DNA of 64,000 nucleotides from Parcubacteria group bacterium. Lineage in GTDB: Bacteria; Patescibacteriota; Minisyncoccia; Phycocordibacterales; Phycocordibacteraceae. The notes under the pieces were generated by a model. It was not told where the DNA came from, did not search any database, and worked only from the letters and a program-made list of their open reading frames with translations. Below, in pieces: positions 1-9,959 of this stretch. Location: positions 191,720-255,719 of the forward strand of contig JAQBRE010000002.1 of NCBI GenBank assembly GCA_028286605.1, in the 5' to 3' direction. Both the position numbers and the translations under genes were made by a program. How positions within the stretch are numbered: the stretch's first letter is position 1; each line of letters starts with the position of its first letter.

Positions 1-33
1 TTCTTTAAAAGTATTTGATGCTAATTATGTAAA

Positions 34-513
34 ATGATTCAGCTTATGACTGAATATAAGAAAGTTGCTAAACTAAGCTTAGTTGACGCTGCATATGTTG
101 CTGGCTTAATTGACGGCGAAGGAACAATAACTCTTACAAGAAGACAAAAGAACAAGGAGCGTTGCGTTGCCATTACTATCGCAAATACAGAACTAGATCT
201 TCTTGAATTTCCTCTCGCTATTATCAAGGCAGGAATAATTACTTCTAAGAAAACCTTTAAACCAAATCACTCTGCTTCATATGTATATCAAATATCAGGA
301 AGACAAGCTTTAGATCTTTTGGAACAGATAACACCATTTCTAAAATCTTATAAAAAGAATCGAGCTCAATTTTTGCTAAAGGACTATATTCGACTTACGC
401 CGCGTAACGGTCGCTATACAGCGGACCAGCTTCAAGAAAGAAAAGCGTTTGTGGAAGAGTTCTTTACAATTACAGCAAATGGAAACAGCCCGCATGTGCG
501 GGCTGTTTCCTAG
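34..513 (+). CDS. Single-motif LAGLIDADG homing-endonuclease-like protein
   Basis: YVAGLIDGEGTI motif followed by typical LAGLIDADG elements (ITIANT, YQISG, LLEQITPFLKSYKK). Visibly AT-richer than neighbouring host genes. Confidence 0.85.
   Translation: MIQLMTEYKKVAKLSLVDAAYVAGLIDGEGTITLTRRQKNKERCVAITIANTELDLLEFPLAIIKAGIITSKKTFKPNHSASYVYQISGRQALDLLEQITPFLKSYKKNRAQFLLKDYIRLTPRNGRYTADQLQERKAFVEEFFTITANGNSPHVRAVS
481..510. terminator. Perfect hairpin, likely the tmRNA terminator, overlapping the 3' end of the LAGLIDADG ORF
   Basis: GGAAACAGCCCGCA-tg-TGCGGGCTGTTTCC inverted repeat, 7 nt past the tmRNA 3' end. Confidence 0.65.
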
Positions 514-517
514 ATTG

Positions 518-934
518 TGGAGGTGCGGGAAATCGAATCCCGGTCCGAATCCGGCCTTGAAAGCGAGTCTACGACGCGTAGCTGCTGTTGAAGTTTCAGC
601 AGGAATGTAAAAACGTCAGCGAAACCATTCCTGCCTGAGTCCTAAGTCTTAATAATCAAGCTGGACCAGCCGGACTATCGATCTCTTAGAGAATTACGCC
701 CATACACTCAGCTAAGAGAACCTGAATGTGTGAACGTCGCTAGGCGAACGTGCGGTTAGGCAGTCGCGTAGGCGAACGCAAAGTCGTTCTTCGTGAAAAA
801 CGGAGAGACGAGGCTCTTTGCGCTTGCAACGGTTTTGTTTGCAAGTATTTTTGATTGCGAGATTTAGGTGGTCTGCAATCATCCACCGCGTCGCACGTCT
901 CTCAAGGTACAGACCGTCAAAGCCGGTCACCCCC
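518..934 (-). ncRNA. ssrA: tmRNA (SsrA)
   Basis: Minus strand begins GGGGGTGACCGGCTTTGAC and ends GACCGGGATTCGATTTCCCGCACCTCCA. Acceptor stem GGGGGUG/CACCUCC has the G3-U70 Ala identity pair. Internal tag ORF present; lies directly downstream of smpB. CCA not encoded. Confidence 0.95.
756..842 (-). other. tmRNA tag reading frame (A)ANKTVASAKSLVSPFFTKNDFAFAYATA*
   Basis: Resume codon GCA follows AAATACTT; 28 codons to TAA; Ala/aromatic-rich C-terminus. Confidence 0.8.
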
Positions 935-988
935 AGTGCGGACACTATCAGGAGATGGTGTCCGGACTGCGAGCGGCCCGCATGCGCA

Positions 989-1435
989 CTACTTCTTGCC
1001 GCGCATCGCTTGCTGGATCTCGCGCTCGTCGTCTTTGCGCTTGAGGTCCTGACGCTTGTCCGCTTTGTTCTTTCCGCGGACGATCGCGATGCGCACCTTG
1101 ATGTATCGACCAGCATTATACACTTCAAAAGGCACTACTGTCAACCCTTTCTTCGATTCAGCATCGCCGATCTCTGCGATCTCATCTTTCTTGAGAAGCA
1201 GACGTCGCGTCGCGTCCGGCTGATAGCCTTCAGGCGTGTTGGCGACCTGATACGGAGAGATACTCATCCCAACCAGGAACGCTTCGCCACCGCGTACGAG
1301 CACGCGAGCACCTTCAAGAGACCCCTGTTTCTTACGCAGGGATTTCGTTTCAGCGCCACTCAGCTCGATACCGGCCTGAAAGGGCTTGAGTATCTCGAAG
1401 CGCAGATGTGCTTTCTTGTTTTCGACTAAGTTCAT
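989..1435 (-). CDS. smpB: SsrA-binding protein SmpB
   Basis: NKKA...AGIELSGAETKSLR, RRLLLKKDEI, GLTVVP, GKNKADKR motifs. Start taken at ATG 1435. Confidence 0.97.
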   Translation of the reverse strand: MNLVENKKAHLRFEILKPFQAGIELSGAETKSLRKKQGSLEGARVLVRGGEAFLVGMSISPYQVANTPEGYQPDATRRLLLKKDEIAEIGDAESKKGLTVVPFEVYNAGRYIKVRIAIVRGKNKADKRQDLKRKDDEREIQQAMRGKK

Positions 1436-1489
1436 GAAGAAATGGTCGCCATATCGCACGGCGTTCCACTATTGTATAGTGTGCTAGAT

Positions 1490-3451
1490 ATGGCACCTAA
1501 CAGCAACACCACGCCTCCGGAAGGGGGAAAGAAGAAACAGATAAAGAAGAGTTCAGGCACTGCGCCTGAAGACGGAAAGAAGAAGCTGCCAGGATCTGGC
1601 ATGCCCGGCGGATCAGGCTTCCTTATGAATCTCGGAATGACGATCATCATCTTCCTGCTCCTTATTAGCGGGTATTCAGCTATTACTGGCCTCACGAAGC
1701 AGAAGGTACAGGTGCCTCTTTCCCAGGTTGCCGCGGACGTGAAATCTGGAGCCGTGAAGGAAATCGATGTGAACGGAAACGATCTCGATCTCACGTATGC
1801 AGACGGCACGCACAAGACAGCGATGAAGGATCCGGATACGGGTCTTCCTGAAACGCTTGCGACCTATGGCGCTACGCCAGATCAGCTTTCTGCGGTTGCT
1901 ATAAAGATCCAGAATGAATCTGGCTTCAAGTTCTGGTTCCTTACGTTCGCACCGATCATCTTCCCCGTAATACTCCTCGGCATTCTGTTCCTGTTCTTGG
2001 TTCGTCAGGTAAGGGGCGCTGGCATGCAGGCATTCACGTTCGGTCAGTCGAAGGCGCGCATGACTGATCCTGCGGATCAGTCGCAGCGCGTTACGTTCGC
2101 GGACGTCGCCGGCGCGAAGGAAGCGAAGGAAGAATTAATGGAGATAGTGGATTTCTTGAAGAATCCTAAGAAATTCCTGGATATAGGTGCGCGTATTCCT
2201 AAGGGCATCCTGCTTATGGGTGCTCCCGGTACCGGAAAGACGCTGCTCGCGCGCGCAGTCGCCGGCGAAGCCGGCGTGCCATTCTTCTCGATTTCCGGTT
2301 CGGAATTCGTTGAGATGTTCGTGGGTGTCGGCGCGTCGCGTGTGCGTGATCTCTTCCAGATCGCTAAGAAAGCAGCACCTTCGATCATCTTCGTCGATGA
2401 GATCGATGCGGTTGGTCGCGTGCGCGGTTCAGGTGTCGGTGGCGGAAACGATGAACGCGAACAGACGCTCAATCAGATCCTCGTGGAAATGGACGGCTTC
2501 GATCCTACTGAAAAGGTTATCGTCATGGCGGCAACGAACCGTCCGGACGTTCTCGACCCTGCACTGATGCGCCCAGGCCGTTTCGATCGTCGTGTAACGA
2601 TCGATCTTCCTGACCGAAAGGATCGCCTCGAGATTCTTGCCGTGCATTCACGCACGAAGCCATTCGGTCCTGATGTGAATCTTGAAGTGATCGCAGAACG
2701 CACGCCAGGATTCTCGGGTGCAGAACTCTACTCGCTCATGAACGAAGGCGCGATCCTTGCCGCGCGTGAGAATCGCACGGAAGTGACGCAGTACGATCTC
2801 ATCCGCTCAATCGAGAAAGTCATGCTCGGCCCTGAACGCAAGAGCCACCTTATGAATAAGGAAGAGAAGAAGCTCACGGCATATCACGAGGCGGGTCATG
2901 CGCTCGTTACCTCCGTCCTTGAATTCGCTGATCCGGTGCACAAGATATCGATCATCAGTCGCGGACGTGCAGGCGGCTACACGCTCAAGCTTCCGTTCGA
3001 AGATCACAAGATGCAGAGCCGCAAGGAATTCCTTGATGACATCGCGGGTACGCTCGGCGGCTTCGCGGCTGAAGAGCTTATCTACGGCGACGTTACCACC
3101 GGCCCATCAAACGATCTTGCCGTGGTTACGGCGCTCGCACGCGATATGGTCTCACGCTATGGCATGAGCGACGTTATCGGTCCGGTTGCGTTCGCCACGG
3201 ATCATTCGTATCGCAACGAAACGTATTCGCAGGACATCGCTGCGAAGATCGATGCGGAAGTTTCGCGCATGATGGAAGAAGGGAAGAATCGCGCACGTCA
3301 GGTGCTTATGGATCATCGTGGCGCACTTGATGCTATCGCATTGAAGCTCGTTGAAGTCGAGACGCTTGAACGCGAAGAATTCGAGAAGATACTCATTGCT
3401 AACGGAATCACGCCGAAGAGCAAGAAGGAGGAGGACGTGCTGAAGGTGTAA
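1490..3451 (+). CDS. ftsH: ATP-dependent zinc metalloprotease FtsH
   Basis: Two TM helices, GAPGTGKT Walker A, IIFVDEID Walker B, RPGRFDR SRH and HEAGH zinc motif. Confidence 0.98.
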   Translation: MAPNSNTTPPEGGKKKQIKKSSGTAPEDGKKKLPGSGMPGGSGFLMNLGMTIIIFLLLISGYSAITGLTKQKVQVPLSQVAADVKSGAVKEIDVNGNDLDLTYADGTHKTAMKDPDTGLPETLATYGATPDQLSAVAIKIQNESGFKFWFLTFAPIIFPVILLGILFLFLVRQVRGAGMQAFTFGQSKARMTDPADQSQRVTFADVAGAKEAKEELMEIVDFLKNPKKFLDIGARIPKGILLMGAPGTGKTLLARAVAGEAGVPFFSISGSEFVEMFVGVGASRVRDLFQIAKKAAPSIIFVDEIDAVGRVRGSGVGGGNDEREQTLNQILVEMDGFDPTEKVIVMAATNRPDVLDPALMRPGRFDRRVTIDLPDRKDRLEILAVHSRTKPFGPDVNLEVIAERTPGFSGAELYSLMNEGAILAARENRTEVTQYDLIRSIEKVMLGPERKSHLMNKEEKKLTAYHEAGHALVTSVLEFADPVHKISIISRGRAGGYTLKLPFEDHKMQSRKEFLDDIAGTLGGFAAEELIYGDVTTGPSNDLAVVTALARDMVSRYGMSDVIGPVAFATDHSYRNETYSQDIAAKIDAEVSRMMEEGKNRARQVLMDHRGALDAIALKLVEVETLEREEFEKILIANGITPKSKKEEDVLKV

Positions 3452-3469
3452 GAGATACGAGCATAAAAA

Positions 3470-3505
3470 GAAAGACGGCGGCCTCGGAGAGGTCGCCGCT
3501 TTTTC
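3470..3505. terminator. Intrinsic terminator after ftsH (probably bidirectional)
   Basis: CGGCGGCCTC-gga-GAGGTCGCCG stem followed by a T tract, with an A tract upstream. Confidence 0.7.
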
Positions 3506-3520
3506 GTATAGAACGAAGTC

Positions 3521-3739
3521 CTATCGAAGGTCTTCGGGTTTCGTCGGTGCGGTTGAGACGCTACCGAGATAGGTGATCGCCAGCAGCACGACTCCCAGGA
3601 GTAGAATCACTCCTGTAAACGTCATGACGCTGGCAGCTTCGGGATAATGCGGCATGGCGTGCCCGCCGCCGAATATGAGCCCGAAGCCTGCTATGAATAG
3701 CAGAAGCACGGTCCATTTACGCTTAGTCATCAATAGCAT
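3521..3739 (-). CDS. Small two-TM hypothetical protein
   Basis: Two hydrophobic segments; fills the gap between the terminator and the tRNA. Confidence 0.55.
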   Translation of the reverse strand: MLLMTKRKWTVLLLFIAGFGLIFGGGHAMPHYPEAASVMTFTGVILLLGVVLLAITYLGSVSTAPTKPEDLR

Positions 3740-3820
3740 CCCTCTGTTTCAATCCTTTCTGACCATATAAGAAAGGACGGACATGCGCAAGAAATGGAAA
3801 GCGTGTAAAGTATCTGAGAC

Positions 3821-3894
3821 GCATGCGTAGCTCAGTTGGTTAGAGCTCGGAGCTTATACCTCCGCGGTCCCTGGTTCGAGTCCAGGCGCATGCA
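3821..3894 (+). tRNA. tRNA-Ile with UAU anticodon
   Basis: Cloverleaf: acceptor GCATGCG/CGCATGC, D-arm GCTC..GAGC, anticodon arm CGGAG-CT TAT AC-CTCCG (TAT at 3855-3857), T-arm CCTGG TTCGAGT CCAGG, discriminator A. CCA not encoded. Confidence 0.92.
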
Positions 3895-4731
3895 CTATTT
3901 AGGGAATATATCGGTGAGCTGATTCGAGTTGTAGAAATCCAGTGCAAGACCGCCGAAACTGAAGGTTTGATTGCCTGCGGTAATCTCTGCACCGCCAACC
4001 TGCGGACTCGCATTTGGCATCGAATGCTGGAAACCGATATTGTAGAGCGTCGAGAGCACTGCGATATTGCTATCGATGGGGAAGCCGGCGTTTCGCCACT
4101 GCGCTTCGATTTCTTTTATATAGAGGCCTGCATACACATAGCTCCAGTAATGGTTGTGCTGGTCAGTCATGCGCGTGAAGCGTGCCGTGGTGATATCAGT
4201 CGTCGTCGCAGGAAAGTCGAGCAGATGCGCGTACTGGTCGCCAGGATAGTACGGAGATGTCGGATCCTTCAGATTATTTTCAACCTGTATGGCTGTCGCT
4301 TCCTTCATGCCCATGACACCCCAGCTGAACTGCGTTTGCGAGCCGAGAATCTTAAGCGGCAGGAAGAACTGTTTGTAGAGTTCGCGTTCAGTGAAGAAAA
4401 GGCGCAGCTGTTCGGCAACGAGATTCGCGGCAATTAAACGCGCAGGTACGCCGGAGGCACTCGCTGCTGTAGTAAGTGCTGTTTGATCTTTCGTGAGTGC
4501 TGCAGCGATGACGCCCCACTCTTCGGTCTGCTGCCATGGAAGATTCGAATCGTTGGAGACAGCCTGAGAAGCTGCGGGGCCAAGAAATGATTCACGCTGG
4601 AGGTCTACGACGCCTTTTTCATTCGTCAGGCCGAACTTCACGGCGAAGTAGCCGGCAACCAGAAAAATGCCGATCGCTGCGAAGATATAAATGACGATAT
4701 TGAGTCCAATCTTAAGGTGCTTTTTCTCCAT
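3895..4731 (-). CDS. Membrane-anchored exported protein, possible lysozyme/SLT-like fold
   Basis: N-terminal TM. The pattern IAANLVAEQ...SWGVMGMK...STLYNIG resembles lysozyme-like motifs (inference). Confidence 0.55.
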   Translation of the reverse strand: MEKKHLKIGLNIVIYIFAAIGIFLVAGYFAVKFGLTNEKGVVDLQRESFLGPAASQAVSNDSNLPWQQTEEWGVIAAALTKDQTALTTAASASGVPARLIAANLVAEQLRLFFTERELYKQFFLPLKILGSQTQFSWGVMGMKEATAIQVENNLKDPTSPYYPGDQYAHLLDFPATTTDITTARFTRMTDQHNHYWSYVYAGLYIKEIEAQWRNAGFPIDSNIAVLSTLYNIGFQHSMPNASPQVGGAEITAGNQTFSFGGLALDFYNSNQLTDIFPK

Positions 4732-4784
4732 AGGTGCACGTACTGTATCGTGCGGAACGTGGGAAGTAAATGAAAGGCACTATG

Positions 4785-6956
4785 TTATTCCATGTGGAGG
4801 CGTTCGTCGGAGCGGAGCGCGATAGCTTTGAGGGTGGGGTACTTGGTGAGCTCAGGGTCTTCCTTGATGAGGCGCGCAGCTTCGCTGCGCGCAGCCTCCA
4901 CCAGCCGCATATTCTTTATCGCTTCCATAGCGATATCCGAGATACCCCATTGGCGACCGCCGACGAGTTCACCTGCGCCGCGCAGCGCGAGGTCGTATTC
5001 AGCGAGCTCGAAACCGTCTTTCGCCGTCATGAGTGCTTTCAGGCGATCCTTTGTTGCGGGGCCGTATGATTCCGGCAGTGCGAAACAATACGCCTGATTA
5101 TTCGAACGGATGACACGCCCGCGCAGCTGATGCAGCTGCGCCAGTCCGAATCGCTCGGCACCTTCGATAAGTATCACCGTTGCATTCGGCACGTTCACGC
5201 CGACCTCAACCACAGAGGTTGCGACAAGGATATCAACTTCACCGTTACTGAATCGTTTCATCACGTCCTCTTTATCTTTCGGCGTCATCTTGCTATGCAG
5301 GATATCGATAATGGCGTCTGGAAATACATGCAGCTTGAGCCGCTCAGCTTCTGCCTTTACGCTCTTCGCTTGTACCGCCAGTTCTTTCGTAGGGTCGGGT
5401 TCGTCGATGCGCGGACAAATCACGTAGCCCTGGCGGCCCTTGTCCATTTCCTCTTTCAATCGCGCATATGCGAGTTGTCGTTTCTCAGGATCGAGTACTT
5501 CGGTGATGATGGGTTTACGGCCTACAGGCATTTCATCCAGCAGCGAAACGTCGAGGTCTCCGTATATGGTGAGCGCGAGCGTGCGAGGAATCGGTGTGGC
5601 GGTCATGGAAAGAAGATGGGGAGAGATATCGCCTTTGCGCGTGAGCTTCTGGCGATGCGCTTTGCCGAAGCGATGCTGCTCGTCGATAATCGCGTATGCG
5701 AGGTTCTGGAATTCAAGTGATTTGTACACGAGCGCATGCGTACCAATGACGATAGGTATCTCGCCATTCGCTACCCACTTCGTGAATTGCGCACGCGATA
5801 CTTTCGCAGACTCTTCGCCACGAATCTTGGAAGGGAATTTTCGGCACTCGCTGCCGGTCATAAGACCGATAGGAATGGGATGATCTTTGAAATAGGAAAC
5901 GAAGGTAGAGAAATGCTGCTTCGCGAGGATTTCGGTAGGACACATGTAGGCAACCTGCAGCGTGCCGGATTTTCGACCAGGCGGGTAGGAGGTGGCCACC
6001 ATATAGGCCGTTGCAGCAGCAACGGCCGTTTTTCCTGAACCCACATCGCCTTCAAGCAAACGGCGCATCGGATGAGACTGCTCGAAGTCATCAATAATGC
6101 TGTTTATAGAGCGGCGCTGCGCGCCGGTTGGCGGAAAGGGAAACGACTCGACGAATGCATCCAGGGACTTCCTATCAACCTGCACTTGCAGTGCTTTCTC
6201 CTCAAGAGTCTGTGCGCGCTCGCGCTGCATAGCGAGCTGTATCGCGAACACTTCTTCGAAGGCGAAACGCTTTCGCGCTGCTTCGCTGTCTCCTTTTTTC
6301 ATCGGTGCGTGTACCCATACCAACGCCGTCGCTAAGCTCGGTAAGTTATAGCGCTCAAGGATATCTGCAGGTATCGGATCTTGAATCGCTTCATGCACAT
6401 GCGCTTCGAACAGTTTCTTCTCTGCATGCAGGAACCACAAGCTCGAAACGCCGCGGCTTTCCGGATAAATCGCATAGAGCGCGTCCTCGATGATGGGTGC
6501 GCCTTCTTCTTTCTTGAAAAGCGTATCATGCACGTCTTCCGGCGATACAGGCGACTTGTCGATTTCCGGATTCGCGAGATACATCTTCGCTGCGGTGCCG
6601 GCGATACGCCCGGTCGCTTTCACCACCATGCCGTCTGCGACCATCTTCGCCATGTACGGCTGCGAGAACCACATCAGCTTGATGCGTCCGCTCGCGTCTT
6701 CAAGCCATGCCTCGGCCATCGGTCGCTTACTCTTCCATGATTTCTTCGCTTCGGGCTTACGTATAGTGCCGTATAGCGTAACTTCGGTGCCAGGCGTTAC
6801 AGCGGCAACGGTACCAGTCGGTCCTGCAGCCTCATAGCGCGCAGGGAAGTGGTATAGCAAATCACGTATCGTGCGGATACCGAGGCGCGTCAGCGCCGAT
6901 TTCTGGTCGGTACGAAGGCGTGTGAAGTGCTGCGTGACGAGGTCGGTCGGCTTCAT
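4785..6956 (-). CDS. recG: ATP-dependent DNA helicase RecG
   Basis: LLEGDVGSGKT, IIDEQHRFG, MTATPIPRTL, AERFGLAQLHQLRGRV motifs. Start taken at ATG 6956. Confidence 0.97.
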   Translation of the reverse strand: MKPTDLVTQHFTRLRTDQKSALTRLGIRTIRDLLYHFPARYEAAGPTGTVAAVTPGTEVTLYGTIRKPEAKKSWKSKRPMAEAWLEDASGRIKLMWFSQPYMAKMVADGMVVKATGRIAGTAAKMYLANPEIDKSPVSPEDVHDTLFKKEEGAPIIEDALYAIYPESRGVSSLWFLHAEKKLFEAHVHEAIQDPIPADILERYNLPSLATALVWVHAPMKKGDSEAARKRFAFEEVFAIQLAMQRERAQTLEEKALQVQVDRKSLDAFVESFPFPPTGAQRRSINSIIDDFEQSHPMRRLLEGDVGSGKTAVAAATAYMVATSYPPGRKSGTLQVAYMCPTEILAKQHFSTFVSYFKDHPIPIGLMTGSECRKFPSKIRGEESAKVSRAQFTKWVANGEIPIVIGTHALVYKSLEFQNLAYAIIDEQHRFGKAHRQKLTRKGDISPHLLSMTATPIPRTLALTIYGDLDVSLLDEMPVGRKPIITEVLDPEKRQLAYARLKEEMDKGRQGYVICPRIDEPDPTKELAVQAKSVKAEAERLKLHVFPDAIIDILHSKMTPKDKEDVMKRFSNGEVDILVATSVVEVGVNVPNATVILIEGAERFGLAQLHQLRGRVIRSNNQAYCFALPESYGPATKDRLKALMTAKDGFELAEYDLALRGAGELVGGRQWGISDIAMEAIKNMRLVEAARSEAARLIKEDPELTKYPTLKAIALRSDERLHME

Positions 6957-6993
6957 ACAGTCATTATACCGTTTTAAGATATACTGCACTTCT

Positions 6994-8130
6994 ATGGACC
7001 CAAAGGCTAAAAAAATTGTTGCTGAATACAAGAAAGCAGGTGCACGCATCGAGACGAAAAGCCGTGTGAAGCTCAAAACGAAGGAGGATATTGCATTGTG
7101 GTATACGCCAGGAGTGGGTGCGGCCTCGAATCACTTGGCCGCGCATCCGGAGGATGCGCGCCTGATGAGCGTGAAGCGTAATTCAATTGCAGTTATCTCT
7201 GACGGCTCTGCAGTTCTCGGACTCGGTAACATCGGCCCGTATGGTGCGCTTCCGGTTATGGAAGGGAAGGCGCTTATTTTCCGCGAGATGGCGGGCGTCG
7301 ACGCGTGGCCTATCGTGCTTGATACGCAGGATCCTGATCGTATCGTTGAAACGGTCCTCGCTATTGCGCCTTCGTTCGGTGGCATCAACCTTGAGGACAT
7401 CAAAGCGCCGCAGTGTTTCCAGATTGAGAAGCTTCTTATTGAGAAGCTGAATATTCCCGTTATGCATGATGACCAGCACGGCACGGCAATCATCGTACTT
7501 GCGGCACTTATCAATGCCACGAAAGTGGTGGGGAAGACTATGAAGAAATTGCGCGTGGTGATAAGCGGTGCCGGTGCAGCCGGCACCGCAACTGCGAAGC
7601 TGCTACGCGCAGCAGGCATTTCAGATATTATCGTCCTCGATCGCGGCGGCGCGCTGTACGCAGGCCGTGAAGATATGAATATAGATAAGCAGGAGCTCGC
7701 TGTCATTACGAATCCACGCAGCGAAGTAGGAGACCTCATGCATGTGCTTGAAGGCGCTGATGTATTCATCGGACTTTCTGGCCCTGGCCTCCTTACGGCA
7801 GAACATATCGGACGTATGGCACCGGATTCTATTATCTTTGCGCTTTCAAACCCTGTCCCTGAAATTATGCCGGATGAAGCCAAGAAAGGCGGAGCTGCCG
7901 TAATCGGCACTGGCCGTTCAGATTTCCCGAATCAGATAAATAATGCGCTCGTGTTCCCAGGGATATTCCGTGGCGCACTTGATAAAGGCGTGACGAAGAT
8001 TACGGAAGAAACGAAGCTGCGCGCCGCAAAAGCACTCGCTGCGCTCGTGCTCAAACCAACTGCTAATAAGATCATTCCCGACATCTTCGACAAGCGCGTC
8101 GTTCCTGCCGTCGCGAAAGCAGTTCGATAG
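6994..8130 (+). CDS. NAD(P)-dependent malic enzyme
   Basis: YTPGV, DGSAVLGLG, PVMEGKA, INLEDI, HDDQHGTA, GAGAAG, GRSDFPNQINN motifs. Confidence 0.95.
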   Translation: MDPKAKKIVAEYKKAGARIETKSRVKLKTKEDIALWYTPGVGAASNHLAAHPEDARLMSVKRNSIAVISDGSAVLGLGNIGPYGALPVMEGKALIFREMAGVDAWPIVLDTQDPDRIVETVLAIAPSFGGINLEDIKAPQCFQIEKLLIEKLNIPVMHDDQHGTAIIVLAALINATKVVGKTMKKLRVVISGAGAAGTATAKLLRAAGISDIIVLDRGGALYAGREDMNIDKQELAVITNPRSEVGDLMHVLEGADVFIGLSGPGLLTAEHIGRMAPDSIIFALSNPVPEIMPDEAKKGGAAVIGTGRSDFPNQINNALVFPGIFRGALDKGVTKITEETKLRAAKALAALVLKPTANKIIPDIFDKRVVPAVAKAVR

Positions 8131-8149
8131 TCCGCTATACTGTGCGTAT

Positions 8150-8569
8150 ATGAAGACCGCAGGAAGAATTTACAATTTCCTTGTCTGTATTCCAGACCAC
8201 TTATACCCGTTCAGTGAGATTATTGATGGAGAGACTGTCCGCTGGAAGCGGGCGTATGATCAGGCTCTTGCGCGCATGAATAATATCGGTGGGTTCGGAC
8301 ACTATGGTGCCCGGCTCATCGCATACCGAAGCCTTTTCCATGTACTCGGCTCGTTGCTGTTCATACTCTTCGCGACGCTCGTCTCACAGGATCTTTTCGG
8401 AAGTCAGATTGCAATCTATGTACTGTTCGGCATGGCAGCGTTCGCGCTCGTGTATCAGGAATTCTTCCTGCAGCCGCGCACCTTCGGTCAGATGCGCTTG
8501 CATGGCCTTGTCGACGTCCTTTCCTGGATCGTCCCGTTCATCATCTATCTGTACCTGATACTCCGTTAG
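8150..8569 (+). CDS. Hypothetical membrane protein
   Basis: Three hydrophobic segments; own TATACT box 8 nt upstream of the ATG. Confidence 0.7.
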   Translation: MKTAGRIYNFLVCIPDHLYPFSEIIDGETVRWKRAYDQALARMNNIGGFGHYGARLIAYRSLFHVLGSLLFILFATLVSQDLFGSQIAIYVLFGMAAFALVYQEFFLQPRTFGQMRLHGLVDVLSWIVPFIIYLYLILR

Positions 8570-9003
8570 TCACGTTGTACCGCCAGGCGGACGCGCTCGA
8601 ATACGCTTATGAACCAGGCGCGATCTTTCGTGCTTCCGATTTCCTGCGCGACGTTCTGCAACGGTACCCATTTTGCTGCTTCAATTTCCATCGTTGGCGA
8701 GAGAGTAGTGCTTGATGACGCAGAAAAGAGATACATATGTATCTCTTTCATTTCACTCAGGTCATCTCCACCTTCCTTGTCTAGACGATATCGCTTGTAG
8801 CTACCTAAATCATCGATATAGTCGAGGTCGCCAATTCCCGTCTCCTCAAGAATTTCCCGACGAGCTGCCTGCTCATCTGTTTCACCTGGTTCCACGTGAC
8901 CTTTTGGAAAGAGCCATTGCGTTCCCCGACGGTTCTGTACCATCGCTATCGTTCCATGTTCGCCAAGCACTATGCCGCCCGCGCTGCGTGTCTCCTTAGG
9001 CAT
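8566..9003 (-). CDS. NUDIX hydrolase (Ap4A-hydrolase-like)
   Basis: SAGG, WLFPKGHVEPGETDEQAARREILEETG Nudix box. Confidence 0.92.
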   Translation of the reverse strand: MPKETRSAGGIVLGEHGTIAMVQNRRGTQWLFPKGHVEPGETDEQAARREILEETGIGDLDYIDDLGSYKRYRLDKEGGDDLSEMKEIHMYLFSASSSTTLSPTMEIEAAKWVPLQNVAQEIGSTKDRAWFISVFERVRLAVQRD

Positions 9004-9367
9004 TTGTTGTCTGAGTTCGAGGAAAGAAGGCCAGCGCGAGCGCAGCGAGCGCTATCGAGACATCGCGGAACAATATCGAGAACTGCACCCAGTTGAAACC
9101 GACTATAGCGATGAGCATCAATGCTGCAATGACAGATGGAATACGGATCTTCCAGCCGGAAAGTATCCAGAGCGCGATGATTACTTCAATTATTTCGAAA
9201 CCGTGCAGCATAAGATGCGCATCAATCGGAAGTGCCGTTATGAAGCGAGGGAAGTAACCGATCCATGCGTCTGGTTCTGAAAGACCATCGAATGGCGGAT
9301 ATAGGAATGAAAGCGCGATACTGATGCGCAAGAGCCATTCGCTAAGCGATACGGATTTGAAATTCAT
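8996..9367 (-). CDS. DoxX-like membrane protein
   Basis: LLRISIA start, four TMs, ILFRDV motif. Confidence 0.65.
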   Translation of the reverse strand: MNFKSVSLSEWLLRISIALSFLYPPFDGLSEPDAWIGYFPRFITALPIDAHLMLHGFEIIEVIIALWILSGWKIRIPSVIAALMLIAIVGFNWVQFSILFRDVSIALAALALAFFPRTQTTNA

Positions 9368-9368
9368 T

Positions 9369-9851
9369 TTACGAAGTTATCGTTACCGTCCCGCCGTCAG
9401 ATGCCTGTATATGGTTGTGGAAGGTGAACGTGCCTATCTTGTTGAACGTAAAGCTGTAGACCGTACCTGGATCAACCGCCGTACATTCGTCAAAGCTGCC
9501 ATTATTGTTCGTGCCATTCGTGCAGTGCTGCTGTTCCGTCGTACCATCATATGTGGTGTGCGTAGGATGATTACCTGCAGCGACCCACATTTTGTGCGAA
9601 GAATTGTTTACGAAGCGTACGGTCGTGCCGAGCTTTACGGTGAAGGTAGCAGGTGAGAAGCCTTTATCGGTATACGTTACGACGGTAGGGGTGGCACCGG
9701 TTGAAGAAGCGTTCGTGCTAACAGCCGGAGTAGTGGGTGTTGCTTCCACAGGCATTGGGGCTGCCGCTGAATGGCTAGCGAACAGGAAGTATCCGCCGAC
9801 TCCAAGAATGAGTACTACTATGACGGCGATAATGATGTTGGTATTGGACAT
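9369..9851 (-). CDS. Membrane-anchored cupredoxin-like protein
   Basis: N-terminal TM, FSPATFTVKLGTTVRFVN, HPTH, YSFTF..GTFTFHNH. Confidence 0.75.
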   Translation of the reverse strand: MSNTNIIIAVIVVLILGVGGYFLFASHSAAAPMPVEATPTTPAVSTNASSTGATPTVVTYTDKGFSPATFTVKLGTTVRFVNNSSHKMWVAAGNHPTHTTYDGTTEQQHCTNGTNNNGSFDECTAVDPGTVYSFTFNKIGTFTFHNHIQASDGGTVTITS

Positions 9852-9959
9852 ACGTTTCAGATTAGCTAATGGATATATTCTACAGGGCGTGTCTTTACGT
9901 TCGTTTCAGTGGTCATATGAACAGTATATCCTCTAGAAGTGAGAGGAAGATTAAGACTG

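Noticed and set aside
712-1429. ORFs 712-1128 (-) and 818-1429 (+)
   Set aside because: Shadow frames over tmRNA and smpB with no protein motifs. The same applies to most short overlapping ORFs in the track.
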